Below, piece by piece: positions 55,823 through 64,000 of a stretch of DNA of 64,000 bases. This DNA is from Acidimicrobiales bacterium (GTDB lineage: Bacteria > Actinomycetota > Acidimicrobiia > Acidimicrobiales > JAHWKP01). The notes beneath the pieces were generated by a model. It saw only the letters and a list, made by a program, of their open reading frames with translations, made no database searches and had not been told where the DNA came from. The position numbers were made by a program, and so were the translations under genes. Every line of letters starts with the position of its first letter. The stretch's first letter is position 1. Location: positions 1,703 through 65,702 of the forward strand of contig DATLBX010000056.1 of the NCBI GenBank assembly GCA_035526705.1, in the 5' to 3' direction.

Positions 55823-56730
55823 CGCCGCCCGTCGATCCCAGGATCGGATGGCACCTGCCCGCCCTAGGCGCACTTCCGGTGTCGACACGCCTCGCCGAAA
55901 CGGTGAGCCGGGTGGTGGCGCCGAACGCATCACACATGACCCTCGACGGCACCAACACCTATGTCGTGGGTGAGCCAGGGTCGGGCGCGGCCTTCGTGGT
56001 CGACCCAGGTCCCGGGGACGAGGCGCACTTCGAGCGGGTGCGCGCCGTGCTTCAGGAACTCGACGCCGAGTGCAGCGGGGTAGTCGTGACGCATCACCAC
56101 CTCGATCACAGCGAGGCCGCCCTGGCCTGGGGCCGAGCCCTCGGCACAGCGGTGGCTGCCGCCAGTGAAGACGTGTGCGGTCCGGAGGGCTGGATCCTGG
56201 GCGAGGGCGATGTCCTCTCCGCCGGCGGCACGACCCTGACCGCGGTGCCCACTCCGGGCCACAGCGCGGACCACCTCTGTTTCCGGCTCGACGACGGTTC
56301 GCTCCTGTCGGGTGATCACATACTCGGGCGGGGCACTTCGGTCGTCGCCTGGCCCGAAGGCGACCTGGCGGCGTACCTCGACTCGCTGCGTCGAGTCCTA
56401 CAACTCGGACCGGACAACTTGTTCCCCGGGCACGGACCGGAGCTGACGGAAAACCCGGACGCGGTCATCACCTTCTATTTGGAACACCGCGCCTGGCGGG
56501 AAGCGCAAGTTCGCGCCGCGCTCCTGGAAGACGAGAGTCTGTCGGAGCGTCCCGCGGATCTCGTGGCCAGGCTCTACGCCGCGGTCGATCCTGTTCTGTG
56601 GCCGGCAGCGGAGATGTCGACGCGTGCCTGCCTCGTAAAGCTGGCTGCCGAAGGCGTGGTGTCAGGCCTTCCATTCGAGACGGCCGCCTCGGACGGCGGT
56701 GGAAGAGACGCTCGCCACCCACTCGGGTAA
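55819..56730 (+). CDS. MBL-fold metallo-hydrolase
   Basis: HxHxDH motif VVTHHHLDHSEA and later TPGHSADH. ATG at 55819. Confidence 0.85.
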   Translation: MTPPVDPRIGWHLPALGALPVSTRLAETVSRVVAPNASHMTLDGTNTYVVGEPGSGAAFVVDPGPGDEAHFERVRAVLQELDAECSGVVVTHHHLDHSEAALAWGRALGTAVAAASEDVCGPEGWILGEGDVLSAGGTTLTAVPTPGHSADHLCFRLDDGSLLSGDHILGRGTSVVAWPEGDLAAYLDSLRRVLQLGPDNLFPGHGPELTENPDAVITFYLEHRAWREAQVRAALLEDESLSERPADLVARLYAAVDPVLWPAAEMSTRACLVKLAAEGVVSGLPFETAASDGGGRDARHPLG

Positions 56731-57090
56731 ATCGAGCACGGTCGCATCGCCGGGCACGGATCCGCCAGGCCGCGGCGCCACGACGAGCGCCGGAAGGCGC
56801 GCCAGCACCGCGTCCCGCTCGGCCGACCCGCCGTAGAAGACCGGGTCCAGCAACTGCGCCGCCTTGTCCGCGCCGACGATCAAATAGTCGTAGCCCTCCG
56901 CGATGTCCGCCAGCAGCTGATGCGATGTGTCAGCCGCCCGCAGCCAAGGCCGCGATGCTGACGCGTCGCGAATCGCCGCGAGCCGCTCGGAAACCGGAGC
57001 CTGCTCCCCGCCGCGCTTGGCCAGGGGATCGCGACTGATCACCATGCAAACCTCTTGGAGCTGAAGCTGCTCGAACGCAGCCTCGGCCAC
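56662..57090 (-). CDS. NadD-like nucleotidyltransferase (nicotinate-nucleotide adenylyltransferase family), 5' end unresolved
   Basis: C-terminal VSSTAVR motif. The in-frame sequence upstream of the first canonical start (GTG 57090) encodes AAFPGSFDPLTVGH, and the frame is open to 57180. Confidence 0.55.
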   Translation of the reverse strand: MAEAAFEQLQLQEVCMVISRDPLAKRGGEQAPVSERLAAIRDASASRPWLRAADTSHQLLADIAEGYDYLIVGADKAAQLLDPVFYGGSAERDAVLARLPALVVAPRPGGSVPGDATVLDLPEWVASVSSTAVRGGRLEWKA

Positions 57091-57154
57091 AGCCAGATGA
57101 CCAACCGTCAGCGGGTCGAACGACCCCGGAAACGCAGCCCGCCGTCCGCCCGGG

Positions 57155-57655
57155 CTAGAGCCGGACGTGGCAGCCGCCCTCTATCCCCTTCTTCTCGAAG
57201 TACCGCTGGTGATACTCCTCGGCGGGCCAGAACGTGCCGGCGGGCTCTATCTGCGTAACGATCGGCTGGCGGAACTCCGACTGCGCCGACTCCATCGACG
57301 CCTTGGCCTCCATCGACTGGACCTCGGAGTGGGTGAAGATCGCCGAGCGGTACTGAGTGCCGAAGTCCGGCCCCTGGCGGTTCAACGTCGTCGGGTCATG
57401 CAGTTGCCAGAACGCGTCGAGCAGCTGGTTGTACGACACCTCGGACGGGTCGAACGTGACCTGCGCGGCCTCTGCGTGGCCCGTCCGCCCGGAGCACACC
57501 TCCTCGTAGGTCGGGCTTTCCTTCGATCCACCTGCGTAACCGACGACCACGTCGATTACACCCGGAAGGCGCCGCAGACTCGACTCGACGCCCCAGAAAC
57601 ACCCAGCAGCGAACGTCGCCAACTCAGTTGGACTCTCGGACACTTCACTCTCCAT
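57155..57655 (-). CDS. msrA: Peptide-methionine (S)-S-oxide reductase MsrA
   Basis: Active site FAAGCFWGVE. 166 aa. Confidence 0.95.
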   Translation of the reverse strand: MESEVSESPTELATFAAGCFWGVESSLRRLPGVIDVVVGYAGGSKESPTYEEVCSGRTGHAEAAQVTFDPSEVSYNQLLDAFWQLHDPTTLNRQGPDFGTQYRSAIFTHSEVQSMEAKASMESAQSEFRQPIVTQIEPAGTFWPAEEYHQRYFEKKGIEGGCHVRL

Positions 57656-57959
57656 TCTTCAACCTGATCTCTGACTTGGCGGGGTCGTCCGGGTCGAGAT
57701 GCAGCTGGATCTCGTCGTCTTCAGGATCCGGGTCGCGAGCCGGCGCGATCTCGACCTGCTCGTCCCGCCTGCCGTAGAACATCTCGTGGAACCCCAACAT
57801 GACCGACGCCAACATCTGCGCTCCCACCGAACGTGGTCTACGCGGGGCTAAAGGCCGGAACTGTCGATCGCCGGCGGTCGCGTCCGTGGCCTCCAGCCAC
57901 TCGATCCACTGCTCGTCGGTCCAGGTGTCGGCTTCCTCCGGAGGAGGGGCTTCGGTCAC
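57645..57959 (-). CDS. Small acidic hypothetical protein
   Basis: GTG at 57959 gives about 104 aa (VTEAPPPEEADTWTDEQWIEWLE...). Its stop overlaps the msrA start by 11 nt. The longer ORF would run into the divergent lipoprotein gene. Confidence 0.4.
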   Translation of the reverse strand: MTEAPPPEEADTWTDEQWIEWLEATDATAGDRQFRPLAPRRPRSVGAQMLASVMLGFHEMFYGRRDEQVEIAPARDPDPEDDEIQLHLDPDDPAKSEIRLKNGE

Positions 57960-58015
57960 TGCTCCATCATCCCACTCGCCAGCTCCGCGGTTCGGCGGGG
58001 CAATACTTCTTCGAT

Positions 58016-58660
58016 ATGCGACTTCTCCCCCCGCTCCTGGCGCTCCTACTCCTTCTGACCGGCTGCGGGAGGGACGGGTCGACTGACACCCCGGCCGCGA
58101 CCACGACCTCCGTTCCATCCACCTCGACTTCCAACGCCTCGCCGCAGCTGGACGCGGATACCCCACTGAGCGCCGAGGGCGTCGGGCCGGTCAAGGCGGG
58201 CATGACCCTCGCTGAGGTCCGCGAAGCCGGCGGGCGAGAGTTGGTCGTCGAGGGCTTCGCCGACTTCGAAGGGTTCTGCTGGTTCGGCCACTTCCAGGGG
58301 CTGAAAGAAGACTTCGCGCTTCTGTTCCTCGCGCCCGAGCGGACGTCGCCCGTCTCGAATCCCGACGAAGGCGTGTTGGGCCGGGTTTCGGTGGAGAGTC
58401 AGCTCAACAGCTCCCCGGCCCGGACCGAAGCCGGCGTCGGCGTCGGTTCGACGAAGGCCGAGGTCCTGAAGGCCTACGCGGATGACGTCGTCGAGGTCAC
58501 CCCGCACCGGTATACGGAGGGCGGGGAGTACATCGACGTGAGCGGGAGTCAGGACCCCGTGCCGACTCTTCTGCGCTTCGAAACAGATACTGACGACAAG
58601 GTCACCTCGATTCACGGCGGCCTTTCCGACGCGGCGCGACTCGTCGAAGGATGTGCGTAG
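58016..58660 (+). CDS. Secreted lipoprotein, unknown function
   Basis: ATG at 58016, signal peptide plus lipobox LLLLTGCG, and a Thr/Ser-rich linker. Confidence 0.65.
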   Translation: MRLLPPLLALLLLLTGCGRDGSTDTPAATTTSVPSTSTSNASPQLDADTPLSAEGVGPVKAGMTLAEVREAGGRELVVEGFADFEGFCWFGHFQGLKEDFALLFLAPERTSPVSNPDEGVLGRVSVESQLNSSPARTEAGVGVGSTKAEVLKAYADDVVEVTPHRYTEGGEYIDVSGSQDPVPTLLRFETDTDDKVTSIHGGLSDAARLVEGCA

Positions 58661-58666
58661 CGCGCT

Positions 58667-59032
58667 CTAGTCGTCCAGCAGCTCCAGGGCGCGCTCCGGC
58701 GGGCGGGCAATGACGGCGCGCCGGCCTCGGACAAGGATGGGGCGCTCCAGCAGCACGGGGTGCTTGCTGATGGCGGCGAGCAACGTCTCGGGATCCGCGG
58801 CGTCGAGGTCGAGCTCGGAGTAGATCGGTTCCTTCCGTCGCATCATTTCCCGAGGGTCCTTGATGCCGAGCAGCATCATCAGCCCTTGGAGCTCGATGCG
58901 GTCGGGTGCGTCGTCGAGGTATCGCACGTACTCCGCGTCGATGCCGTGCTCCTTCAGCACTCCGTCCACGGAGCGGCACGTGCTGCACTTGGGGTTGAAG
59001 TAGATGCGCGTCTCGGGCTGTTCTCCGGCCAT
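58667..59032 (-). CDS. arsC: ArsC/Spx/YffB family reductase
   Basis: 121 aa. N-terminal IYFNPKCSTCR, with ArsC-family length and pattern. Confidence 0.8.
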   Translation of the reverse strand: MAGEQPETRIYFNPKCSTCRSVDGVLKEHGIDAEYVRYLDDAPDRIELQGLMMLLGIKDPREMMRRKEPIYSELDLDAADPETLLAAISKHPVLLERPILVRGRRAVIARPPERALELLDD

Positions 59033-59056
59033 GCGGGCGGACCCTAACGTCCCTGC

Positions 59057-60751
59057 GTGCCCACGCCTCCTTTCGACCGGTTCGTGAAGTTCCCGGAGCT
59101 CACCGAGCTTCTAGAGGGTTTCGCGGAGGACCACCCGACGCTCCTGGAGCTGTCGAGCATCGGCAAGTCATACGAGGGCCGCGATATCTGGCTCTGCACG
59201 GTCACGAACACCGAGACAGGCCCGGCGTCGGAAAAGCCGGCCATTTGGATCGACGCGAACATTCACGCCACAGAGCTCACCGGCACCGTCGCCGCGCTTT
59301 ACCTGCTGGACAAGCTGCTGACGACCTACGGCAGTGACGAGCGCGTGACCCGTGCCCTCGATACGCGCGCCTTCTACATCGTGCCGCGCCTTGGGCCCGA
59401 CGGCGCCGAATTGGCGATGGCGGAACGGCCCCGGTACGTTCGCTCCTCCACCCGCCCCTACCCGCTCACGGATCAGCAGGACGGCCTGATCGCCCAGGAC
59501 ATGGATGGCGACGGCCGGATCCTCACCATGCGCATTCCCGACGCGAACGGTACGTGGAGGCGCTCAGCGGCCGACGCCCGCCTACTCGTACCCCGTGACC
59601 CGGACGAGGACGGTCCCGGCCCGTACTACCGGCTGCTCACCGAAGGCGAGATTCAGAACTTCGACGGCGTCAACATCAAGCCGGCCCCCATGCTCCAAGG
59701 CCTGGACATGAACCGGAACTACCCGATCGAGTGGCGTCCCGAGGGTGACCAGCACGGGGCGGGCCCCTACCCGACTTCCGAGCCGGAGATTCGTGCTGCG
59801 GTGCAGGCGCTGGTCGACCGATCCAATGTCTGCGCCTTCATCCAGTACCACACGTATTCGGGCGTGCACCTGCGTCCGTCTGGCACGCGGCCCGACGACG
59901 ACCTGCCCACGTTCGACCTGCGGGTCTACAAGAAGATCGGCGAGAAGGCGACGGAGATAACCGGCTATCCGGCGGTTTCGGTGTATCACGGGTTCCGATA
60001 CGACCCTAAAGACAACATCACCGGGGTCTCCGACGACTGGGCTTATGAGCACCTCGGCGTGCACGCGTGGGTCACAGAGTTCTGGAGCCCCCAACGGGCC
60101 GCCGGCATCGAGGAATACGAGTTCATCGGCTGGTTCATCGACCATCCCGCGGACGACGACCTGAAGTTCCTGGCCTGGAGCGACGAGCAGCTCGGCGGCG
60201 AGGGCTTCGTCGAGTGGTACCCCTTCGAGCACCCCCAGCTCGGGGCGGTCGAGCTCGGCGGTTGGAACAGCTCGTTCTGCATCCGCAACCCTCCGCCGGA
60301 CCGGTTGGAGGCCGAGGTCGCGCCGCACGCAGACTGGGCCATCTGGCACATCTTGATCTCGCCACTGCTTCGCCTGCGCGACACATCGGTGGAGAAGCTG
60401 GACGAGACCACCTGGCGGGTGAGGATGGTCATCGAGAACACAGGCTGGCTTCCTACGAACGTGACGCAAAAGGCCATCGACCGCAAGATCGTCCGTTCAC
60501 TGGAGGCCGAGATCAAGCTGCCCGAGGAGGCCGAACTCGTCGGGGTTGACGCGAAGAAGGAACTCGGTCAGCTGGGTGGTCGAGTCGGCAAGAACTCGAT
60601 GCTGGCCGGGTTCGGCACGGCGTCCGACGCCACGGCAGATCGCGCCAGTGCGGAATGGGTTGTACGCGCGCCCGCGGGAACCGAAGTCGAGTTGGAAGCC
60701 CGCCATGCCCGGGCCGGCGTAGTGCGAACAAAGGTCACCCTCGGCGGCTGA
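59057..60751 (+). CDS. M14 family zinc carboxypeptidase
   Basis: HxxE zinc motif ANIHATELTG. N-terminal M14 domain plus a C-terminal extension. 564 aa, GTG start. Confidence 0.85.
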   Translation: MPTPPFDRFVKFPELTELLEGFAEDHPTLLELSSIGKSYEGRDIWLCTVTNTETGPASEKPAIWIDANIHATELTGTVAALYLLDKLLTTYGSDERVTRALDTRAFYIVPRLGPDGAELAMAERPRYVRSSTRPYPLTDQQDGLIAQDMDGDGRILTMRIPDANGTWRRSAADARLLVPRDPDEDGPGPYYRLLTEGEIQNFDGVNIKPAPMLQGLDMNRNYPIEWRPEGDQHGAGPYPTSEPEIRAAVQALVDRSNVCAFIQYHTYSGVHLRPSGTRPDDDLPTFDLRVYKKIGEKATEITGYPAVSVYHGFRYDPKDNITGVSDDWAYEHLGVHAWVTEFWSPQRAAGIEEYEFIGWFIDHPADDDLKFLAWSDEQLGGEGFVEWYPFEHPQLGAVELGGWNSSFCIRNPPPDRLEAEVAPHADWAIWHILISPLLRLRDTSVEKLDETTWRVRMVIENTGWLPTNVTQKAIDRKIVRSLEAEIKLPEEAELVGVDAKKELGQLGGRVGKNSMLAGFGTASDATADRASAEWVVRAPAGTEVELEARHARAGVVRTKVTLGG

Positions 60752-60762
60752 GCCGCAGGCAC

Positions 60763-61671
60763 CTAGCGAACGGCGGGGGCGACCTCGGCTTGGAACAGGT
60801 CGAACACGTCGTTGCGGTCTTCTCCCAGGGTGAAGTCCGGGAAAATGAACTCGTCGACCCCCGCGTCGCGGTACTCGCCCATCACCTCTGTGATCTCCGC
60901 GGGCGTGCCCGCGATGTGGGGCGTCGGGATCTCCATGTCGCGGACCTCCTTCAGCTTCGCCTCGTCGGTGGTCATGAAAACCAGCGCTTGCGCAGATCGC
61001 TGGATCGACTTGGGGTCCCGGCCGAGATCCTCACAGTGGCGGTCCAGAACCTCGATCTTCTGACGCAGGCGGTCGGGTGCGCCCCAGACGTTCCATTCGT
61101 CGGCGTACCGCGCCGCAATCCGCATGGTGCGCTTCTCGCCACCCCCGCCGATCAGCAATGGGAGCGGATCCTGCGCGGGCTTGGGAGCAAGCGGCGCGTC
61201 CGTGAGCTGGTAGTGCTTGCCCTGGAAGTCGGTGCGCTCCTGCGTCAGGAGCCCCTTCACCACCTGGCACGCCTCCTCGAGCATGTCCATTCGAGTCCGC
61301 ACGTCGAAGAAGTCGATGCCGTAGGCGCGGTGCTCGTTCTCCTGCCAGCCGGCGCCGAGCCCGAGCACGAGACGGCCGCCGCTCAACAGGTCAACCGTGG
61401 CGGCCTGTTTGGCCAGCACCGCAGGATGGCGGTAGGTGTTGCCGCACACGAGCGAGCCGATTCGAAGCCTCGTCGTCACCGCGGCGAGCCCGGCCATCAC
61501 GGCCCAGCACTCGTTCATGGGTCCGGTCGTAGCCGGCTCCTCGACCGGGCCGTTCGGCATGAAGTGGTCGGCGTACCAAATTCCGTCCCAGCCGGTGGCC
61601 TCTGCGTGCCGCGCCTCGTCGAGGACGCCTTCCCAGGGTTGTGCCGGGTTGGGCCAAACGCTGAATCTCAT
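60763..61671 (-). CDS. LLM-class (luciferase-like) F420-dependent oxidoreductase
   Basis: ATG at 61671 overlaps the RidA stop (ATGA). LLM pattern GWDGIWYADHF...GRLVLGLGAGW. The 90-aa N-terminal extension in the ORF track is rejected. Confidence 0.85.
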   Translation of the reverse strand: MRFSVWPNPAQPWEGVLDEARHAEATGWDGIWYADHFMPNGPVEEPATTGPMNECWAVMAGLAAVTTRLRIGSLVCGNTYRHPAVLAKQAATVDLLSGGRLVLGLGAGWQENEHRAYGIDFFDVRTRMDMLEEACQVVKGLLTQERTDFQGKHYQLTDAPLAPKPAQDPLPLLIGGGGEKRTMRIAARYADEWNVWGAPDRLRQKIEVLDRHCEDLGRDPKSIQRSAQALVFMTTDEAKLKEVRDMEIPTPHIAGTPAEITEVMGEYRDAGVDEFIFPDFTLGEDRNDVFDLFQAEVAPAVR

Positions 61672-62066
61672 GACTGGATGTTCGCAGACACGACAGCCTC
61701 GGCTTCCATTTCGACTTTCCACTCCGGCTCCAGGAGGCCGGCCACGAGGACCATCGTCGAGGCCGGGCGGACCTCGGAGAGGAATTCGCCGTGCACTCGC
61801 GCGACTGCCTCCGCATCGGCGCGGTTCACGATGTAGGTGCGGGTTCGCACGACATCGGACATGGTTGCGCCCGCCGCGGTCAGCGCGGTGTCGATGATTT
61901 GAAGGCACCGGCGGGCCTGACTCTCCGGGTCCTCGTCGCACCTCCCGTCTTCGCGTATCGGTGCAGTGCCGGAAACGATCACGCGGTCACCCAGACGTAC
62001 GGCGCGGCTGAATCCGATCGACTGCTCGTAGGGAGAACCGGAGGAGATGAGCTGCCGATCGGACAT
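61668..62066 (-). CDS. RidA/YjgF family protein
   Basis: ATG at 62066 gives about 132 aa, with a RidA-like core (VIVSGTAP...VRTRTYI...VEMEAEAV). Confidence 0.8.
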   Translation of the reverse strand: MSDRQLISSGSPYEQSIGFSRAVRLGDRVIVSGTAPIREDGRCDEDPESQARRCLQIIDTALTAAGATMSDVVRTRTYIVNRADAEAVARVHGEFLSEVRPASTMVLVAGLLEPEWKVEMEAEAVVSANIQS

Positions 62067-62073
62067 GGGGCGC

Positions 62074-62454
62074 TTACTTGACGCCGAGAAGATCGACGAC
62101 GAAGACCAGCGTCTCACCGCCGCGAATGGCCGAGCCGGCCCCGGCGCTGCCGTAACCGAGCTTCGGCGGAATCGTCAGCTTGCGCCGACCCCCTACCTTC
62201 ATTCCGGCGACGCCCTGGTCCCAGCCTTTGATGACGCGCCCCTGCCCCAGTGTGAAGTTGAAGGGTGAGCCGCGGTCCCAGGACGCATCGAACTGTTTGC
62301 GGTTGCTCCACGCCACACCGACGTAGTGAACCTCCACCTCTTGACCGTTCTTGGCTTCCTCGCCGTCGCCCTCCACGAGGTCCTCGACCACGAGGTCGCT
62401 CGGCGGAGTCTCCCCCGGCGGTACGTAAACGTCTGGCTTCCTGGAGTCGGTCAT
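62074..62454 (-). CDS. FKBP-type peptidyl-prolyl cis-trans isomerase
   Basis: FKBP core VHYVGV...FDASWDRGSPFNFTLGQGRVIKGWDQGVAGMKVGGRRKLTIPPKLGYG. Confidence 0.9.
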   Translation of the reverse strand: MTDSRKPDVYVPPGETPPSDLVVEDLVEGDGEEAKNGQEVEVHYVGVAWSNRKQFDASWDRGSPFNFTLGQGRVIKGWDQGVAGMKVGGRRKLTIPPKLGYGSAGAGSAIRGGETLVFVVDLLGVK

Positions 62455-62497
62455 GCTGCGACCCTAACCAGGCCCGAAGCAAGTGCAGCCGGCTGGG

Positions 62498-64000
62498 TCA
62501 GACGGCGGCTCTCGCCGAATCCCGCATTACGAGGGTGAGCTTCGGCTTGGTCAGGATCTCCTGCAGCTCCTCGGCTTCCTCGGCCCAGTCCCGAACTTCG
62601 GCCTCGCAGCTGGATCGCAGAAAGATTCCCGCGGCAGCCGCGGGGAGCGGCGAGCTGAAGTGGAAGCCCTGGGCCCAGGCACAACCCATCTCGGCCAGCT
62701 GGTCGGCCTGTTCCTGTGTCTCGACGGACTCGGCAATGACGGTAAGGCCCATTGCCGCCCCCAACGCGATGCACGCGGCCACGATCGCGGTGTCCTGTGT
62801 CTCGTCGCCCAGACCCTTCACGAAGGACCCATCGACCTTGAGGATGTCCACCGGAAACCGCTTCAGAGCCCCCAGCGAGGAGTAACCCGTGCCGAAGTCG
62901 TCGATGGCGACCGAGACTCCGAGCGACTGCAGCGCCACGAACGCGTCCTGCACCTTGCGGGTCTCCTCGACGAAGACGGTCTCAGTGATCTCGATCCCTA
63001 TGGCCTCGGCGCCGACGCCGGCTTCCAGAAGCGCGTTGGCGGTGTCCTGGGCCACGTCGCGATACATGAATTGTGCGGGCGACACGTTGATCCAGACCTT
63101 GAGGTCGGGCAGACCCGGGATGCTCTTGCGCCATTCGGCGGCCTGCTTGCAGGCCGTGCGCAGGACCCAGTCCCCCAGCTCGCCGATCAAATCCGACTCC
63201 TCCGCCAGCTTGATCAGCTGTTCCGCCTGCATGAGGCCGAGCCAAGGGTGTTCCCACCGGAACAGCGCCTCCACCCCCACCACGGCTTCGTCGGACAGGC
63301 GAATCATGGGCTGGTAGTAGAGCTCCAATGAGCCGGCGCTGACCGCGGCGCGCAGCGAGCGTTCGAGCTCGAGCCGCTCGACGGACTTCCGGCGCAGCTC
63401 GTCGTCGAACAGCACCACCCGCGCCCGGCCCGACTCCTTGGCCCGGTACATCGCGGTGTCGGCGTCGCGGATGACCGCGTCGGGATCACACGAGTCGTCG
63501 GTCACGATGACTCCGACGCTGGCGCTGATGCTGAGCTCGCGGCCCGCGATCATGAACGGTCTCGTCAGACCGGCGACCAGCCGGCCGGACAATCCGAGCG
63601 CTTCTTCGTGGTCGCAAACCTCGGCCAGCACGACGAACTCGTCGCCGCCGAACCTGGCAACCAGGTCCTCCTCGCGCACGCTCTCGAGCAGTCGCTGCGC
63701 GACGGCCTGAAGCAGCGCGTCCCCCGCGGCGTGATCGATCCCGTCGTTGACGGCCTTGAAGCGGTCGAGATCCAGGAATTGGACGGTTACGGACCGTCCG
63801 CAGCCCGGGCTGACCCGACCGAGGGCCAGCGCCAACCGGTTGAGGAAGAGGGCTCGATTGGCCAGCCCGGTCAGGGTGTCGTGGCGGGCTTGGAAGGCGA
63901 GAGCGGCCTCAGACTCACGCTGGCTGTCGGCCAGGACGAAACGTTCCATCGCCAGGTCGGCGAAACCGCCCATCGCAGCCGCCATCTCGAGCTCCCCGCG
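62498..64000 (-). CDS. GGDEF-EAL domain protein (diguanylate cyclase/phosphodiesterase), N-terminus beyond the window
   Basis: GGDEF motif (ARFGGDEFVVLA) and EAL motif (GVEALFRWEHP). The frame stays open to the window edge. Confidence 0.9.
   Translation of the reverse strand, partial: RGELEMAAAMGGFADLAMERFVLADSQRESEAALAFQARHDTLTGLANRALFLNRLALALGRVSPGCGRSVTVQFLDLDRFKAVNDGIDHAAGDALLQAVAQRLLESVREEDLVARFGGDEFVVLAEVCDHEEALGLSGRLVAGLTRPFMIAGRELSISASVGVIVTDDSCDPDAVIRDADTAMYRAKESGRARVVLFDDELRRKSVERLELERSLRAAVSAGSLELYYQPMIRLSDEAVVGVEALFRWEHPWLGLMQAEQLIKLAEESDLIGELGDWVLRTACKQAAEWRKSIPGLPDLKVWINVSPAQFMYRDVAQDTANALLEAGVGAEAIGIEITETVFVEETRKVQDAFVALQSLGVSVAIDDFGTGYSSLGALKRFPVDILKVDGSFVKGLGDETQDTAIVAACIALGAAMGLTVIAESVETQEQADQLAEMGCAWAQGFHFSSPLPAAAAGIFLRSSCEAEVRDWAEEAEELQEILTKPKLTLVMRDSARAAV

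Overview
This is a GC-rich, gene-dense chromosomal segment. Third codon positions are almost all G/C, and many neighbouring genes overlap by ATGA/GTGA. The gene content points to Actinobacteria: DUF3499, long-form HPF, a stand-alone LigD polymerase domain, an LLM/F420-type oxidoreductase, a comF-hpf-secA neighbourhood and a PGI/PMI-manB-ahcY neighbourhood. I support about 59 protein genes. I found no rRNA, tRNA, CRISPR array or transposase. Housekeeping blocks are prfB-ftsE-ftsX-M23 peptidase, secA, hpf, ftsH, ahcY, a complete hutHUIG histidine-utilisation operon, pepN and msrA. Accessory content, in window order: (1) a GT2 + large GT-C-like membrane protein + CPBP protease module inserted between manB and the DUF3499 gene. 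(2) A DUF559/AbiEi-type gene bracketed by 35-nt direct repeats between ftsH and an ABC exporter pair. (3) A nine-gene + strand chain, tightly spaced with ATGA or 8-nt overlaps at five of its eight junctions: a TIGR00300/LOR-SDH protein (ornithine-cyclodeaminase type), a polar amino-acid ABC importer, an amidinotransferase-family enzyme, and larB-larC-larE with no larA in the window. (4) A roughly 385-nt lower-GC, non-coding-looking spacer after larE that has several tetraloop-capped helices, which I treat as a candidate structured RNA. (5) A recurrent G-rich/C-rich hairpin motif (GGNGGGGGCC..CCCTTCNCC) present five times, plus one looser relative, always in the sense orientation in intergenic spacers upstream of ahcY, ftsH and hpf and after the ABC binding-protein gene. 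Many long ORFs in the six-frame track are antisense or out-of-frame artefacts of the high GC content. Several real genes start well inside their maximal ORF.
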